Source of the DNA: Candidatus Latescibacterota bacterium
Lineage (GTDB): Bacteria; Latescibacterota; UBA2968; UBA8231
Assembly: GCA_964291625.2 (NCBI GenBank)
Contig: OZ220089.1
Coordinates: forward strand, 3,328,001 to 3,392,000
Direction: 5' to 3'
Length of the DNA stretch: 64,000 nucleotides
A model generated the notes under the pieces. The model worked only from the letters and a program-made list of their open reading frames with translations. It had not been told where the DNA came from and searched no databases. Shown one piece after another: positions 47,716-57,086 of the stretch. The position numbers were made by a program, and so were the translations under genes. Numbering within the stretch: position 1 is the first letter of the stretch; each line of letters begins with the position of its first letter.

Positions 47716-48695
47716 CTCTCCCCTCCCCCGTCGATGCGGTAGAGGGGCTCCAGGCCGGCGGCGACGCGGTCCACGTTCTCGGCGGCGCAGGCCGCCCGCT
47801 TGCGGGAGGTCTCGGCGGTGGCCCCGGCGATGTGGGGGGTGACCACGACGTTGGGCAGGGAGTACACGGGATCGGCGGGGTCCGGCGGCTCCTTGCCGAA
47901 GACGTCCAGGCCGGCGCCCCCGAGGCGGCCGGCGAGGAGCGCTTGCGACAGGGCCTCCTCGTCCACCAGGGCGCCGCGGGCGACGTTGATCAGGCAGGCC
48001 GAGGGCTTCATCAGGGCGAGCCTCCGGGCGTCGATCAAGTGCCGGGTGCTCTCGTTCAGGGGCAGGTGCAGGGCGAGGTAGTCGCTGGCGGCCACCACCT
48101 CGTCGTGCCGGTCGTCGCCGAGGACGAACTCGGCGCCCAGCTCTTCGAGCACCTCCGTTTCGATGGGGCGCACGTCCAGGCCCAGGACGCGCAGGCCGAA
48201 GGGCCGGGCCCGCCGCGCCAGCTGCTGGCCGCTGGCCCCGAAGCCGATGATCCCCAGGGTGCGGCCCTCCAGCTCGTGGGCCATCGGCTGGTAGAGCACG
48301 CCCTCGCGGAAGAGGCGGTCGCTCTCGCGGTAGCGCCGCGCCAGCATGAGGATGAACATCATCGCCATCTCGGCCAGGGCCGTGGCGCTGAAGGGGCCGG
48401 GGCAGTTGGCCGCGGGGATCCCCTTCGACTTGACGTACTCCAGGTCGAAGTGGTCGAACCCCGTGCCCAGGACCTGCCACAGCCGCGCCGAGACGGCGGC
48501 GTCCATCATCGCCCGGGTGCTGACGCTGCCGCCCTGGTCGAGGACCGCCTCGACGCCGGCGAACTGCTCCTCCAGGGGCCGGCCGGGGTCGAGCACGGCC
48601 AGGTCGTGGCGGTCGCCGACAGCCTCGATCACGTCACGGCCCCAGGGCTCGAACATGCCCTCCATCTGCAGCAGCAGGACCTTCAATCGTCTCAT
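47712..48695 (-). CDS. D-isomer-specific 2-hydroxyacid dehydrogenase
   Basis: GIIGFGASG, LHLPL, LINVARG, GAGLDVF..EP, TPHIAG. Confidence 0.9.
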   Translation of the reverse strand: MRRLKVLLLQMEGMFEPWGRDVIEAVGDRHDLAVLDPGRPLEEQFAGVEAVLDQGGSVSTRAMMDAAVSARLWQVLGTGFDHFDLEYVKSKGIPAANCPGPFSATALAEMAMMFILMLARRYRESDRLFREGVLYQPMAHELEGRTLGIIGFGASGQQLARRARPFGLRVLGLDVRPIETEVLEELGAEFVLGDDRHDEVVAASDYLALHLPLNESTRHLIDARRLALMKPSACLINVARGALVDEEALSQALLAGRLGGAGLDVFGKEPPDPADPVYSLPNVVVTPHIAGATAETSRKRAACAAENVDRVAAGLEPLYRIDGGGER

Positions 48696-49552
48696 GGGTC
48701 AACCCTCATGGGCGCCTCGGCGCCGTGTGCCTCCAGCCAGGCCCGCAGCGGCACGTCCTCTGGCTTCGGCGAGGTGTAGCCGTGGCCCCCGGAATGGGAG
48801 ACCCCGAGCAGTTGTTTGCGGATGGGATCGCAGTGGTCCAGGTAGTGCTCCACGGTCATGTCGTCGCGGGGCCGCAGCCAGCGGTACGAGTAGCCGTAGA
48901 ACAGGACCCGCCTCGCCTCGCGCCAGTAGTTGGCGCTGCCCGAGTGCCACAGGCGGCGGTCGAAGAACACGGCCGTGCCCGGCGGCACGCAGACGGCCAC
49001 GGCGGCGTCCACCAGTCCCTTGCGGTCCGGCCCCGGGAACTCGTTGCGCAGGTGCGACCCGGGCACGACGTAGAAGTTGCCCCGGCCCTCCTCGCTCGTG
49101 TCGGTCAGGAAGTAGCCCACCTTCAGCGAGACCCGGGGCCGCGGATCGGTCTCGAGGTCCTGGTTCAGCAGGCCGCTGTCCTGGTGCCAGCCGAGGTCGA
49201 GGCCGTGCCCGGCGAGGGTGCGTCCGGCCGGCTCCGGGGGGGTGACCATCATGTGGGTGTGGTAGAGCTGAATGTGCCAGCCCAGGATGCCCCACACCTT
49301 CGGGAAGGTCTTCCCCCAGTCGAGCAGCTCCAGGAAGATCTCGTCCCGGCCGATGAAGTCGAAGTGGTTGATGCGCTCCGCCGGGCCTTTGCCCTGCCGT
49401 TCGCGCTCCTCGCGGTCGATGCGCTCGCAGACCGGCAGCAGGCGCTGCACGAGGGTGTCCGGGATGGCCTCTTCGACGGCGAAGAAGCCGTCGCGCTCGA
49501 ACCGCCGCGACTCCTCCGGCGTCAGTGTGTGGGCTAGATGACGGGGGTCCAT
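48692..49552 (-). CDS. phytanoyl-CoA dioxygenase (PhyH) family protein
   Basis: FERDGFF, GWHQDSG (HxD), VVPGSH, FDRRLWH. Confidence 0.88.
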   Translation of the reverse strand: MDPRHLAHTLTPEESRRFERDGFFAVEEAIPDTLVQRLLPVCERIDREERERQGKGPAERINHFDFIGRDEIFLELLDWGKTFPKVWGILGWHIQLYHTHMMVTPPEPAGRTLAGHGLDLGWHQDSGLLNQDLETDPRPRVSLKVGYFLTDTSEEGRGNFYVVPGSHLRNEFPGPDRKGLVDAAVAVCVPPGTAVFFDRRLWHSGSANYWREARRVLFYGYSYRWLRPRDDMTVEHYLDHCDPIRKQLLGVSHSGGHGYTSPKPEDVPLRAWLEAHGAEAPMRVDP

Positions 49553-49744
49553 CCCAACCTCCGGTGCGTGGTCGAGGTCAACGGGTCCTCCCGGGCCGAA
49601 GCCCGCCGGCACGGGGCCGGAGCCGCCGCCAAAGGGCCGGCCGGTTTCAGCGCTGCAAGGTAAGAAAACCAGGTCCGGCCGGGCGCCGGTCCGGCGCCGC
49701 CGCCTCCTTGACCGGACCCCGCACTCCCCTGATCCTTCACCCTC

Positions 49745-50212
49745 ATGATCACGCCCCAGCAACCGTCCGGCGAGCAGCCGCGGGCCAAGGCGAAGAAGGG
49801 CATCACCTTCGGCGCCTTCGACCTCTTCCACGCCGGCCACGTGCTCATGCTGCAGGAGGCCAAGACGGTCTGCGACCACCTGATCGTCTGCATCCAGACC
49901 GACCCCACCATCGACCGCCCCGGGAAGAACAAGCCGATCCAGAGCATTGTCGAGCGCCAGATCCAGGTGTCGGCCTGCAAGTACGTGGACGAGATCATCG
50001 TCTACGACACCGAGGCCGACGTGGTCGAGATCCTGCGCTCCGTCGACTGGGACGTCCGCATCCTCGGGGACGAGTACCGGGACACGGACTTCACTGGCCG
50101 CGCGGAGTCCTTCGACCGCTGCTACTTCAACACCCGGCCCCACACCTTCTCCAGCTCCGAGCTGCGGCTGAGGGTGGCCCGGGAGACGAAGGAGCCGGAA
50201 GAGGCCGGCTGA
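49745..50212 (+). CDS. glycerol-3-phosphate cytidylyltransferase-like (TagD family)
   Basis: FGAFDLFHAGH, DPTIDRPGKNKP, CKYVDEI, RPHTFSSSELR. Confidence 0.85.
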   Translation: MITPQQPSGEQPRAKAKKGITFGAFDLFHAGHVLMLQEAKTVCDHLIVCIQTDPTIDRPGKNKPIQSIVERQIQVSACKYVDEIIVYDTEADVVEILRSVDWDVRILGDEYRDTDFTGRAESFDRCYFNTRPHTFSSSELRLRVARETKEPEEAG

Positions 50213-50222
50213 GCCCCCGCCT

Positions 50223-50573
50223 TCAGTCGAGGATCTCCTCCACCCGCTCCTCCGGCCGGGCGATGACGGCCCGGTCACCGCGCACGCAGATGGGCCGTTG
50301 CATCACCCCCGGCTGCTCCAGCAGCAGCGCCACGAGGGCGTCCGCCGCCGCGTAGTCGTCCAGGTCGAGGCCGAGCTCCTCGAAGGAGCCCGGGTGGATC
50401 ATCTCCCGGGGGTCGCAGCCGAGCAGCTCCAGGAACCTCCTCAACTGCGCCTCGTCCGGCGGGTGGTGCAGGTACTCGATGACGTCGAACTCGACGCCTC
50501 GGGCGCGCAGGATCTCCATTGCGCCCCTCGACTTGCTTCAGCCGGGGTTGTGGTAGAGGGTGAGCTTGTCCAC
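50223..50573 (-). CDS. arsC: glutaredoxin-type arsenate reductase (ArsC/Spx family), probable selenoprotein (UGA codon 12)
   Basis: RBS GGAAAGGA + GTG; MDKLTLYHNPG-TGA-SKSRGAMEIL...IEYL...QRPI...ARPEE; TGA (50538-50540) at the HNPxCSKSR catalytic Cys. Confidence 0.85.
50499..50531 (-). promoter_or_regulatory. putative bacterial SECIS hairpin
   Basis: UCG(A)GG-G-GCGCA-AU-GGAG-AU-CC-UGCGC-G-CC-CGA; apical loop G about 21 nt after the UGA. Confidence 0.6.
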
Positions 50574-50595
50574 GGCGGTTTCCTTTCCGTTCGAG

Positions 50596-51984
50596 CTATT
50601 CGAAGAGCAGCACCCCGAAGCGGTCGGGGCGGTGGGCGTTGCCGTAGGTCGGCACCCACTGGCCGTACTCCGAGGCGTTGCCGATGCGCACGCGGGCCAC
50701 GTTGAAGCCCCACTCCACGCCCGGCGCGGCGGGGCCCTCCTCCAGCTGCGCCGTCGGGATCGCCGCTTCGACGACCCAGAAGGTGTCGGCCACGGCGGTG
50801 CCCACCTCGATGGCGCCGGTCCATGAATCGCCCGGCCGTCGGGGCCCGTGGTGGCTGTCCTGGATCGTGCCGAGGGTGTTGAGGATGAAGTGATAGAATG
50901 ACTGGCTGTCGCGGTTGCTGTCGATGAAGATCTCCAGGCAGTCGTCGGTGTGGACGTCGCCGTCCCGCTCCGTCTCCGCCGCCACGAGGTTCGCCGTGTT
51001 CGGCTCGTAGCCCTTCACGGCGACGAAGAGGGTGTCGGCGCGGTAGCCGATCCAGGCCTCCGAGCGGCCCTCGGTGGGCCGCACCGTGAGCCGCCAGATG
51101 CACTGGTAGAACTCGGTCACCGGCTGCACCGGCCGCCACGCCGGCTCGTCGAGGAGACCATCGATGCGCGGGCTCTCCTTCAAGGCGGGCACGCGCGCCA
51201 CCATGCCGAGCTTCTCCAGGTACTCCCGGCCGCGGTCCGGGTCGCCGTTGGCGTAGAACAGCTTGCCGAGCTTCTGGTGGATGTTGACGCTCCCCGGCGC
51301 CAGCTCCAGCGCCGAGAGCAGCACCTCCTCGGCGCCGGCCGCGTCGGCCGCGAGAAAGAGCCTCTCCGCCTCCCCCGCCAGGTCCTCGGCCAGCACCTCC
51401 AGCCACTCCCGGGCGGCCTCTCGCAGCTCCTCCGGCTGCCCGGTGGCGATCAGGTCCTGCAGCAGGGCGGCGAAGCTCTCCTTCTGGGCCGCGTCCAGCA
51501 TGTCGGGGTCCACCCGCGTGCCCCAGTCGTCGTGCCAGTCGGAGGACATGAACTCGAGGGCGGCCAGGATCTCGCCCTTCATGGCCGGATCGGTCTCGGC
51601 CTCGAAGCGCGCCAGCAGCGGGGGCACGGCCTCGGGCCGACGCAGGTTGCCGAGGGCGCGGGCGACGCCCGCGCGCACCCGCGGCTCCGGGTCCTCCAGC
51701 CCGGCCACGAGGCTGGCGAAGATGCGGTTGTCGGCCTCGCGCAGGTAGAGCCGGTAGAGGGACTCGGCCAGGTCGGCGCGGGCCCTGGCCGGCAGGGAGC
51801 GGTCCTCGAAGGCGGCGATCAGCGGATCGACGGCCGTGCCCTTGGCCATGTTCAGGGCCAGCCGCGCTTCCTCGAGATCACCGTCGCCCTCGACGATGGT
51901 ATCGATGTGGCGCTCCACGGGGTCGCCGCAGGCCGCCGGCCCGCCGAGGGCGCCTGCGAGGAGGAGGGCGCGCGCCGGGATCAC
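50596..51984 (-). CDS. lipoprotein with HEAT repeats, TPR-like helix and CBM9-like domain
   Basis: GTGA coupling; PAAC lipobox-like; LEDPEPRVRAGVARALG; PRIDGLLDEPAW, DDCLEIFID, WVVEAAIP, WGFNVAR. Confidence 0.75.
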   Translation of the reverse strand: MIPARALLLAGALGGPAACGDPVERHIDTIVEGDGDLEEARLALNMAKGTAVDPLIAAFEDRSLPARARADLAESLYRLYLREADNRIFASLVAGLEDPEPRVRAGVARALGNLRRPEAVPPLLARFEAETDPAMKGEILAALEFMSSDWHDDWGTRVDPDMLDAAQKESFAALLQDLIATGQPEELREAAREWLEVLAEDLAGEAERLFLAADAAGAEEVLLSALELAPGSVNIHQKLGKLFYANGDPDRGREYLEKLGMVARVPALKESPRIDGLLDEPAWRPVQPVTEFYQCIWRLTVRPTEGRSEAWIGYRADTLFVAVKGYEPNTANLVAAETERDGDVHTDDCLEIFIDSNRDSQSFYHFILNTLGTIQDSHHGPRRPGDSWTGAIEVGTAVADTFWVVEAAIPTAQLEEGPAAPGVEWGFNVARVRIGNASEYGQWVPTYGNAHRPDRFGVLLFE

Positions 51985-53363
51985 TTGATGTCGTAGCGCA
52001 GGAAGGAGAGGTAGGCGGCCATGAAGAACAGGACGGTCCATGCGGCCAGGAGCATCACGTCGGGCAGCACCGCGGCCAGGCGTTCGGCCACGGGCGTGGG
52101 CTGGTAGACCCAGCGCGGACGGCCGCTGAGGTCGTGCCGCTCCCCCATGCGCTGCTCCGCCCAGGCGCGGCTGTAGAGCTCGGTCACGAAGACCGTCAGG
52201 CGGCGGCGGTACTCGGGCAGGCTCTGCCGGAAGCGGCGGTCCTCGGTGAGGCCGGCGCCGGTCAGCTCGGTGGCGGCGTAGGCGAAGGAGGAGAAGGGGG
52301 AGAGGCGCGACAGGTTCCGGGCCACCGACACCTGGGCGGCCAGCTCGTTGGCGTAGCGGCCCTCGATGCGGCCCTCGTCGTCGATCCTCTGCAGCACCCG
52401 CTTCTGCCATCGCAGGTTCCACATCGTCCCCCAGCGTCCGTCGTCCCCCCAGCGCTCGATCTCGGGGTTCTGTTCCTGGAACTCGTCGATCTCGGCAGCG
52501 AAGGCCTCGCCGGCGGCCTCGTCGCTGGCCGTCTTCTCCTCCTCCACCTCCATGAAGTTGCGCAGGGGCACCGCCTCGGCCGCCAGGTAGGGCGCCACGT
52601 TGGGGACCACCAGGATCATCAGCACCCAGGCCATGAGCAGGACCGTGATCGACGTCGAGGCCAGGTGGGTGCGGGTCGAGACCAGGACCCCCATCCCGTA
52701 GACGGCGGCCAGGTAGAGCAGGCCCACGGCGACCAGCAGCAGCAGGGCGATCCAGTCCTGCTCTCCCAGCTCGACGCCGGGGATCACCACGACCACCACG
52801 AGGGCGGCGGTGACGGCCAGCAGGAAGGGCGCCGTCAGGGCCAGGTAGCCGCCCGTCCACTTGGCCAGCAGCACCAGGTCCCGGGGCGCCGAGTACGACA
52901 TGAGCAGCTTGAGCGTGCCCGACTCCTTCTCGCCCGAGACGGCGTCGTAGCCGAAGGCGAGGGCCAGCAGGCTCATGACGACGCCGATGAAGAACAGCAT
53001 GTCCACGGGCGGGAAGAGGTACGACACGGGGTTGACCTCGTGCTCCGCCTCGAAGATCGGCTGCTGCTCATGGGTGATCCGGGCCGAGACCACCAGCCTC
53101 GGGTCGATGCCGCGCACGAAGATCCGCATCGGACTCAGGGGCTTGTCGATGACGACGCCGTCGTCCCAGATGTCGCCGCTCTCCTCGAGCTCGTTGTCGT
53201 GCATCACCACGTTCGTGCGGTAGTCGGCCAGGGCCTCCTTGTAGTCGCGGGTCAGCACCACGGCGCTGGAGAGGGTGATCACCAGGCAGATGATGCAGGC
53301 CATGGCGAAGCGCAGGCTCAACAGCTGCTCGAGCAGCTCCTTGCGGATCAGGTGGGCGAGCAC
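51981..53363 (-). CDS. ABC-2 type transporter permease
   Basis: LIRKELL..LLSLRF, GYDAVSGEKESGTLKLLMS, LLAKW, LSRLSP, FLRYD. Confidence 0.88.
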   Translation of the reverse strand: MLAHLIRKELLEQLLSLRFAMACIICLVITLSSAVVLTRDYKEALADYRTNVVMHDNELEESGDIWDDGVVIDKPLSPMRIFVRGIDPRLVVSARITHEQQPIFEAEHEVNPVSYLFPPVDMLFFIGVVMSLLALAFGYDAVSGEKESGTLKLLMSYSAPRDLVLLAKWTGGYLALTAPFLLAVTAALVVVVVIPGVELGEQDWIALLLLVAVGLLYLAAVYGMGVLVSTRTHLASTSITVLLMAWVLMILVVPNVAPYLAAEAVPLRNFMEVEEEKTASDEAAGEAFAAEIDEFQEQNPEIERWGDDGRWGTMWNLRWQKRVLQRIDDEGRIEGRYANELAAQVSVARNLSRLSPFSSFAYAATELTGAGLTEDRRFRQSLPEYRRRLTVFVTELYSRAWAEQRMGERHDLSGRPRWVYQPTPVAERLAAVLPDVMLLAAWTVLFFMAAYLSFLRYDIK

Positions 53364-53370
53364 GGCGTCC

Positions 53371-54759
53371 TCAGGTCACGTCGTAGCGCAGGAAGAACAG
53401 GTAGGAGAGCAGGAAGAACAGGACGTTGAAGACCACCAGCAGCAGCACGTCGAAGAGCACGGCGTCGACCACCGCGTCCAGGCGCGCCTGCTCGATCCGC
53501 AGCGCCGGCCAATGGTCGACCTGCAGCCAGCCGTCGTCGGGCATGTCCTCGTCGTTGTCGTGGTATTCCTCGTCCCACTCCCACCAGTGCTCGGAGAACT
53601 CCTCGCCGTAGCGCCGGACGGCGGTCTCGAAGGCGGTGAAGAGGTCGGCGCCGGTGCCGGCCAGGTCGCTGGCGGCGAGCACGAAGCTGGCCGACGGCGA
53701 GGCGCGGGCCAGGTTGCGGCTCAGCTCGACCTGGCCGCGCAGCCGGTCCCGGTAGTACTGGTCGATCCGGTCCTTGCGCGCCTGTCCCTGCTTCTCGATC
53801 TCGTCGGTCATCTCCTCGGCCTCGCGGCCGTAGCCGAGCATGTTCCGTGCGACCCGCTGCACGCCGATCTGGGTCTCGCGGTCCACGGCGGCCTTCTCGG
53901 CCTCGATCTTCTGCAGGGTCGGCACCGGCACCGCCAGGCGGGCCACCACCGGGGCCAGGTTGGGGATGACGAGGATCCAGCAGATCCACACGAAGAGGGA
54001 GACGAGGAGCGCCGTCGACGCCTTGTGGGTGAGGGTGGAGATGAGCATGCCGAGGGCGAAGAACACGGAGACGTAGAGGAGGGATACGCCGGCGATCCAC
54101 AGGAAGCGCGACAGGAAGTCGGCGTCGACGTGCACGTTTCCGGTGAGGACCACGTAGGTGAAGGCGGCGAAGAGGGCGGCCGCCAGGGGCACGGCGAGGG
54201 AGAGATAGCCGCCGATCCACTTGCCGAGCAGCACCAGGTCCCGGGGCACGCGGTTGGCCAGCAGGACCTTCAGGGTGCCCCGCTCCTTCTCGCCGCAGAC
54301 GGCGTCGAAGACGAAGAGCAGGGCCAGCAGCGAGATGACGATGTTGGCGATGTAGGCGTAGTCGGGGGAGGCGAAGAGCCGGAAGAGAGGGTTCCGGTAG
54401 CGGTCGTCGTCGACGGGGCGCACGTGCCACAGGGAGACGTTGACCTGCGTCGGCAGGCGGTCCTCCAGGCCCTTGACGAAGATGCTCGCGGGCCGGGGCG
54501 CGCGGTCGCCGTAGAACCCGCTGCCCCCGAAGAGGATGTCGTGGAGGGCCTCGTCGGGCTCCTCGGCCTCCTGCACCGACCGGACCTGCTCGTGGTGCCG
54601 GGCGGCGGCGGCCTCGTGCAGGCGCAGGGACCGCTCGTAGCCGCGGGTCATGGTGAAGACGCTCACCAGGGTGAGCACGAAGAACAGGACGAAGGTCACG
54701 GCGAAGCGCAGGCTGAGGACGCCGAGGACGATCTCCTTGCGGATCAGGGACAGCAGCAT
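53371..54759 (-). CDS. ABC-2 type transporter permease (paralog)
   Basis: LIRKEI..VLSLRF, FDAVCGEKERGTLKVLLAN, LGKW, LARASP, FLRYD. Confidence 0.88.
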   Translation of the reverse strand: MLLSLIRKEIVLGVLSLRFAVTFVLFFVLTLVSVFTMTRGYERSLRLHEAAAARHHEQVRSVQEAEEPDEALHDILFGGSGFYGDRAPRPASIFVKGLEDRLPTQVNVSLWHVRPVDDDRYRNPLFRLFASPDYAYIANIVISLLALLFVFDAVCGEKERGTLKVLLANRVPRDLVLLGKWIGGYLSLAVPLAAALFAAFTYVVLTGNVHVDADFLSRFLWIAGVSLLYVSVFFALGMLISTLTHKASTALLVSLFVWICWILVIPNLAPVVARLAVPVPTLQKIEAEKAAVDRETQIGVQRVARNMLGYGREAEEMTDEIEKQGQARKDRIDQYYRDRLRGQVELSRNLARASPSASFVLAASDLAGTGADLFTAFETAVRRYGEEFSEHWWEWDEEYHDNDEDMPDDGWLQVDHWPALRIEQARLDAVVDAVLFDVLLLVVFNVLFFLLSYLFFLRYDVT

Positions 54760-54850
54760 GAGAATGAAGAGGGATACCTGGCCGTGGTGGGGGTGGCGGC
54801 CAAGTGTAGGGGTCGGGGTGCTACAGTATCAACGGAGGATTTCTGCGAAG

Positions 54851-56346
54851 ATGGCTGGTCGAGCAAGGAGAGACCCCGCAACGGCTTCCCTGGGCGCCTG
54901 GCTTCAGAAGCAGACCAAGGCGGAGCTGGTGTCGCTGGTGACCTCCCTGGCCCGGTCCCATGAGGAAGTGCGCCGGTCGCTCATGGATCGCCAAAGCCCG
55001 GGCTCGGGGAGGGGTCACGCAATCGTGCAGTCGATCCGCGAGGAGATCGCGACCTGGGAAGAGGAGGACTGGGGCGAGTACCACGGCCTCCCGCCGCATG
55101 GAGCGGAGCGCCTCCACGCGGCGCTCAGGGCGCTGGTGAAGTCCGGGCAGGCCGCGGCGTCGGTAGAGCTGGGGCCGGAGCTGGCGGCCGCCGCCACCCA
55201 GGCGCTGGAAGAGGAGGAAGAAGGAGAGTCCGGGCCCGAACTCGCCGCCTGCCTGGCCGTCCTGTTCAGGGCCCTGGACAGCCTCTCCCTGTCCCCGGCC
55301 GACGAGGTGGAATGGTCCGTGGACATGTCGCTGGCCGACGAGTACGGCCTCTGCGATGAGCGGGTCGAGCGGGTGTGGCAGAAGCGGCGCTCGAAGAAGG
55401 AGTGGTCCGCGGTGGCCGACCGGCTGGCGGAGCGTCTCCAAGCCACGGAGCCGGAAGAGGGGCGCGACTACGTCGCCGACTGGCTGATCCGCGCCCTGGA
55501 AGAGGCCGGCCGCCGGGACGAGATCATCCCCCTGTGCGAGCGCGAGGCGCCGGTCACCTTCAACTACGAGCGCCTGGTGGAGCGCCTCATGGCCGAGGAC
55601 CGCTGGGAAGAGGCCCGGCGCTGGTGCCGCCAGGGGATCGAGGCCCTTCCCTTCGACCAGCCGGAGATCGAAGACGAACTGCTCCGGCAGCTGCTGACGA
55701 TCAACGAGGGCAGCGGCGATTCTCCCGAGGGGCTGTCCCTGCAGGCCGAGGGATTCTTCGCCGACCCCAGCGTGTCCGGCTTCCAGGCCTTGTGCAAGGG
55801 GGCCCGCAGGGCGCGCCTGGGCGAAGCCGTCGAGGCCTGGGCCCGGCACTACCTGGAGACGGGCCGCCGCCCCGGGGCCGGCAGAAAGCGCAGGGGTGAT
55901 CCGGCCGCCGCCTGGCCCCTGCCGCCCCCCGAGGTGCGGTTGCGCCCTTACGTCTCGCCGGCCGATGCGCCCATGACCCTGATATGACCCAGCTGGCCAT
56001 TGCCGAGAACAAGCCGGACGAGGTGCTGAAGTGGTTCGATCATCCCCGCCGCAGGAAGGGCGGATTCGGGCTGTATGACTATCACCTCGACATGGAGGTT
56101 GCCGAGGCCGTCAAGGCCGCCCATCCGGACCGCGCGGTGGCCATCTGGAAGGAGTCGGCAGAGAACCACATCGCCCGGGTGAACGCCCGGGGATACGAGG
56201 CAGCGGAGCCCTACCTTCGGGAGATGAAGGGCGCCTTCACCCAGGCCGGGCGCAGGCACGAATGGGAGGAGTACCTGGCTTCCCTGCGCGAGCGCAACCG
56301 CCGCCGCCCGCGGTGCCTGGAGGTCCTGGACCGGCTGGAGGGTTGA
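54851..56346 (+). pseudogene. helical-repeat protein (resembles the C-terminal part of SWIM-zinc-finger proteins), split into 54851-55987 and 55984-56346
   Basis: Removing the duplicated ATGAC (55984-55988) fuses the frames as ...MTLIQLAIAENKPDEVLKWF; C-terminal RERNRRRPR..EVLDRL. Confidence 0.55.
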
Positions 56347-56397
56347 CGCCGGCGGATGGACGCGGTGATCCGCCGGATCGTCCCCATGGCGGCCGGG

Positions 56398-56793
56398 TTA
56401 CGTCCAGTCCTCGACGGCCAGCCCGGAGATCCTGTCGAACTCCCTGACGTTGTTGGTGACGACGGTCAGCCGGCGGGAGAGAGCCACGGACGCGATCTGG
56501 GTGTCCCGTTCACTGATCGGCTGTCCGCTCTCCTCGAGTTGGGCGCGCACCCGGGCGTACCTCCGCGCGGCGGCCTCGTCGAAGGGATGCAGTTGCAGCT
56601 GGGACAGGATGCTGGCGATTCGGTGGCGGCGCTCTTCCTTTCTCGACGGGGACTTCTCGATGCCGTAGAGAATCTCCGCGAGAGTGATGGACGACAGGGA
56701 CAGTTCGGAGGGTGCGTGGCTCCGCACCCGGCGCAGGACCTCGGGGTGACGGCGCATCCAGTGGCTGACGATGTTGGTATCGAGGAGGAACAT
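56398..56793 (-). CDS. vapC: PIN-domain toxin VapC
   Basis: FLLDTNI, SITLAEILYG, DTQIA, VTNNVREFDRISGLAVEDW. Confidence 0.92.
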   Translation of the reverse strand: MFLLDTNIVSHWMRRHPEVLRRVRSHAPSELSLSSITLAEILYGIEKSPSRKEERRHRIASILSQLQLHPFDEAAARRYARVRAQLEESGQPISERDTQIASVALSRRLTVVTNNVREFDRISGLAVEDWT

Positions 56794-57032
56794 CAGCCTG
56801 GATCATCCAGATCGACATCCGCCGTGGGCAGCGGAGACGGGGTCTCGAAGTCGGGATCCGGAGCGAAGGCGTCCCAGAAGCCGGCGGGCCACCGCGTCTG
56901 CTCCAGCGGTTCGAGGATGACCCGGTCCCCCTCCCTGGAGATGCGGACCTCGGTGCCCCGGAAGCGGAACTCCTTGGGCAACCGAACGGCCTGGGAGCGT
57001 CCATTGACGAACAGCTTGGCGATTGTGGCCAT
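56793..57032 (-). CDS. vapB: AbrB/MazE-type antitoxin VapB
   Basis: [20 protein letters not shown]; TGATG coupling to vapC; RBS AGGAGG. Confidence 0.92.
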   Translation of the reverse strand: MATIAKLFVNGRSQAVRLPKEFRFRGTEVRISREGDRVILEPLEQTRWPAGFWDAFAPDPDFETPSPLPTADVDLDDPG

Positions 57033-57048
57033 GGGGTCCTCCTGGTGA

Positions 57049-57068
57049 GATATATACCAGTATACATC
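57049..57068. promoter_or_regulatory. palindromic vapBC operator
   Basis: GATATATAC-CA-GTATACATC imperfect inverted repeat just upstream of the vapB RBS. Confidence 0.55.
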
Positions 57069-57086
57069 ACATGGCTTCGCCGCGCC

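Noticed and set aside
56398-57032. vapBC as a novel system
   Set aside because: Canonical, well-described type II toxin-antitoxin module.
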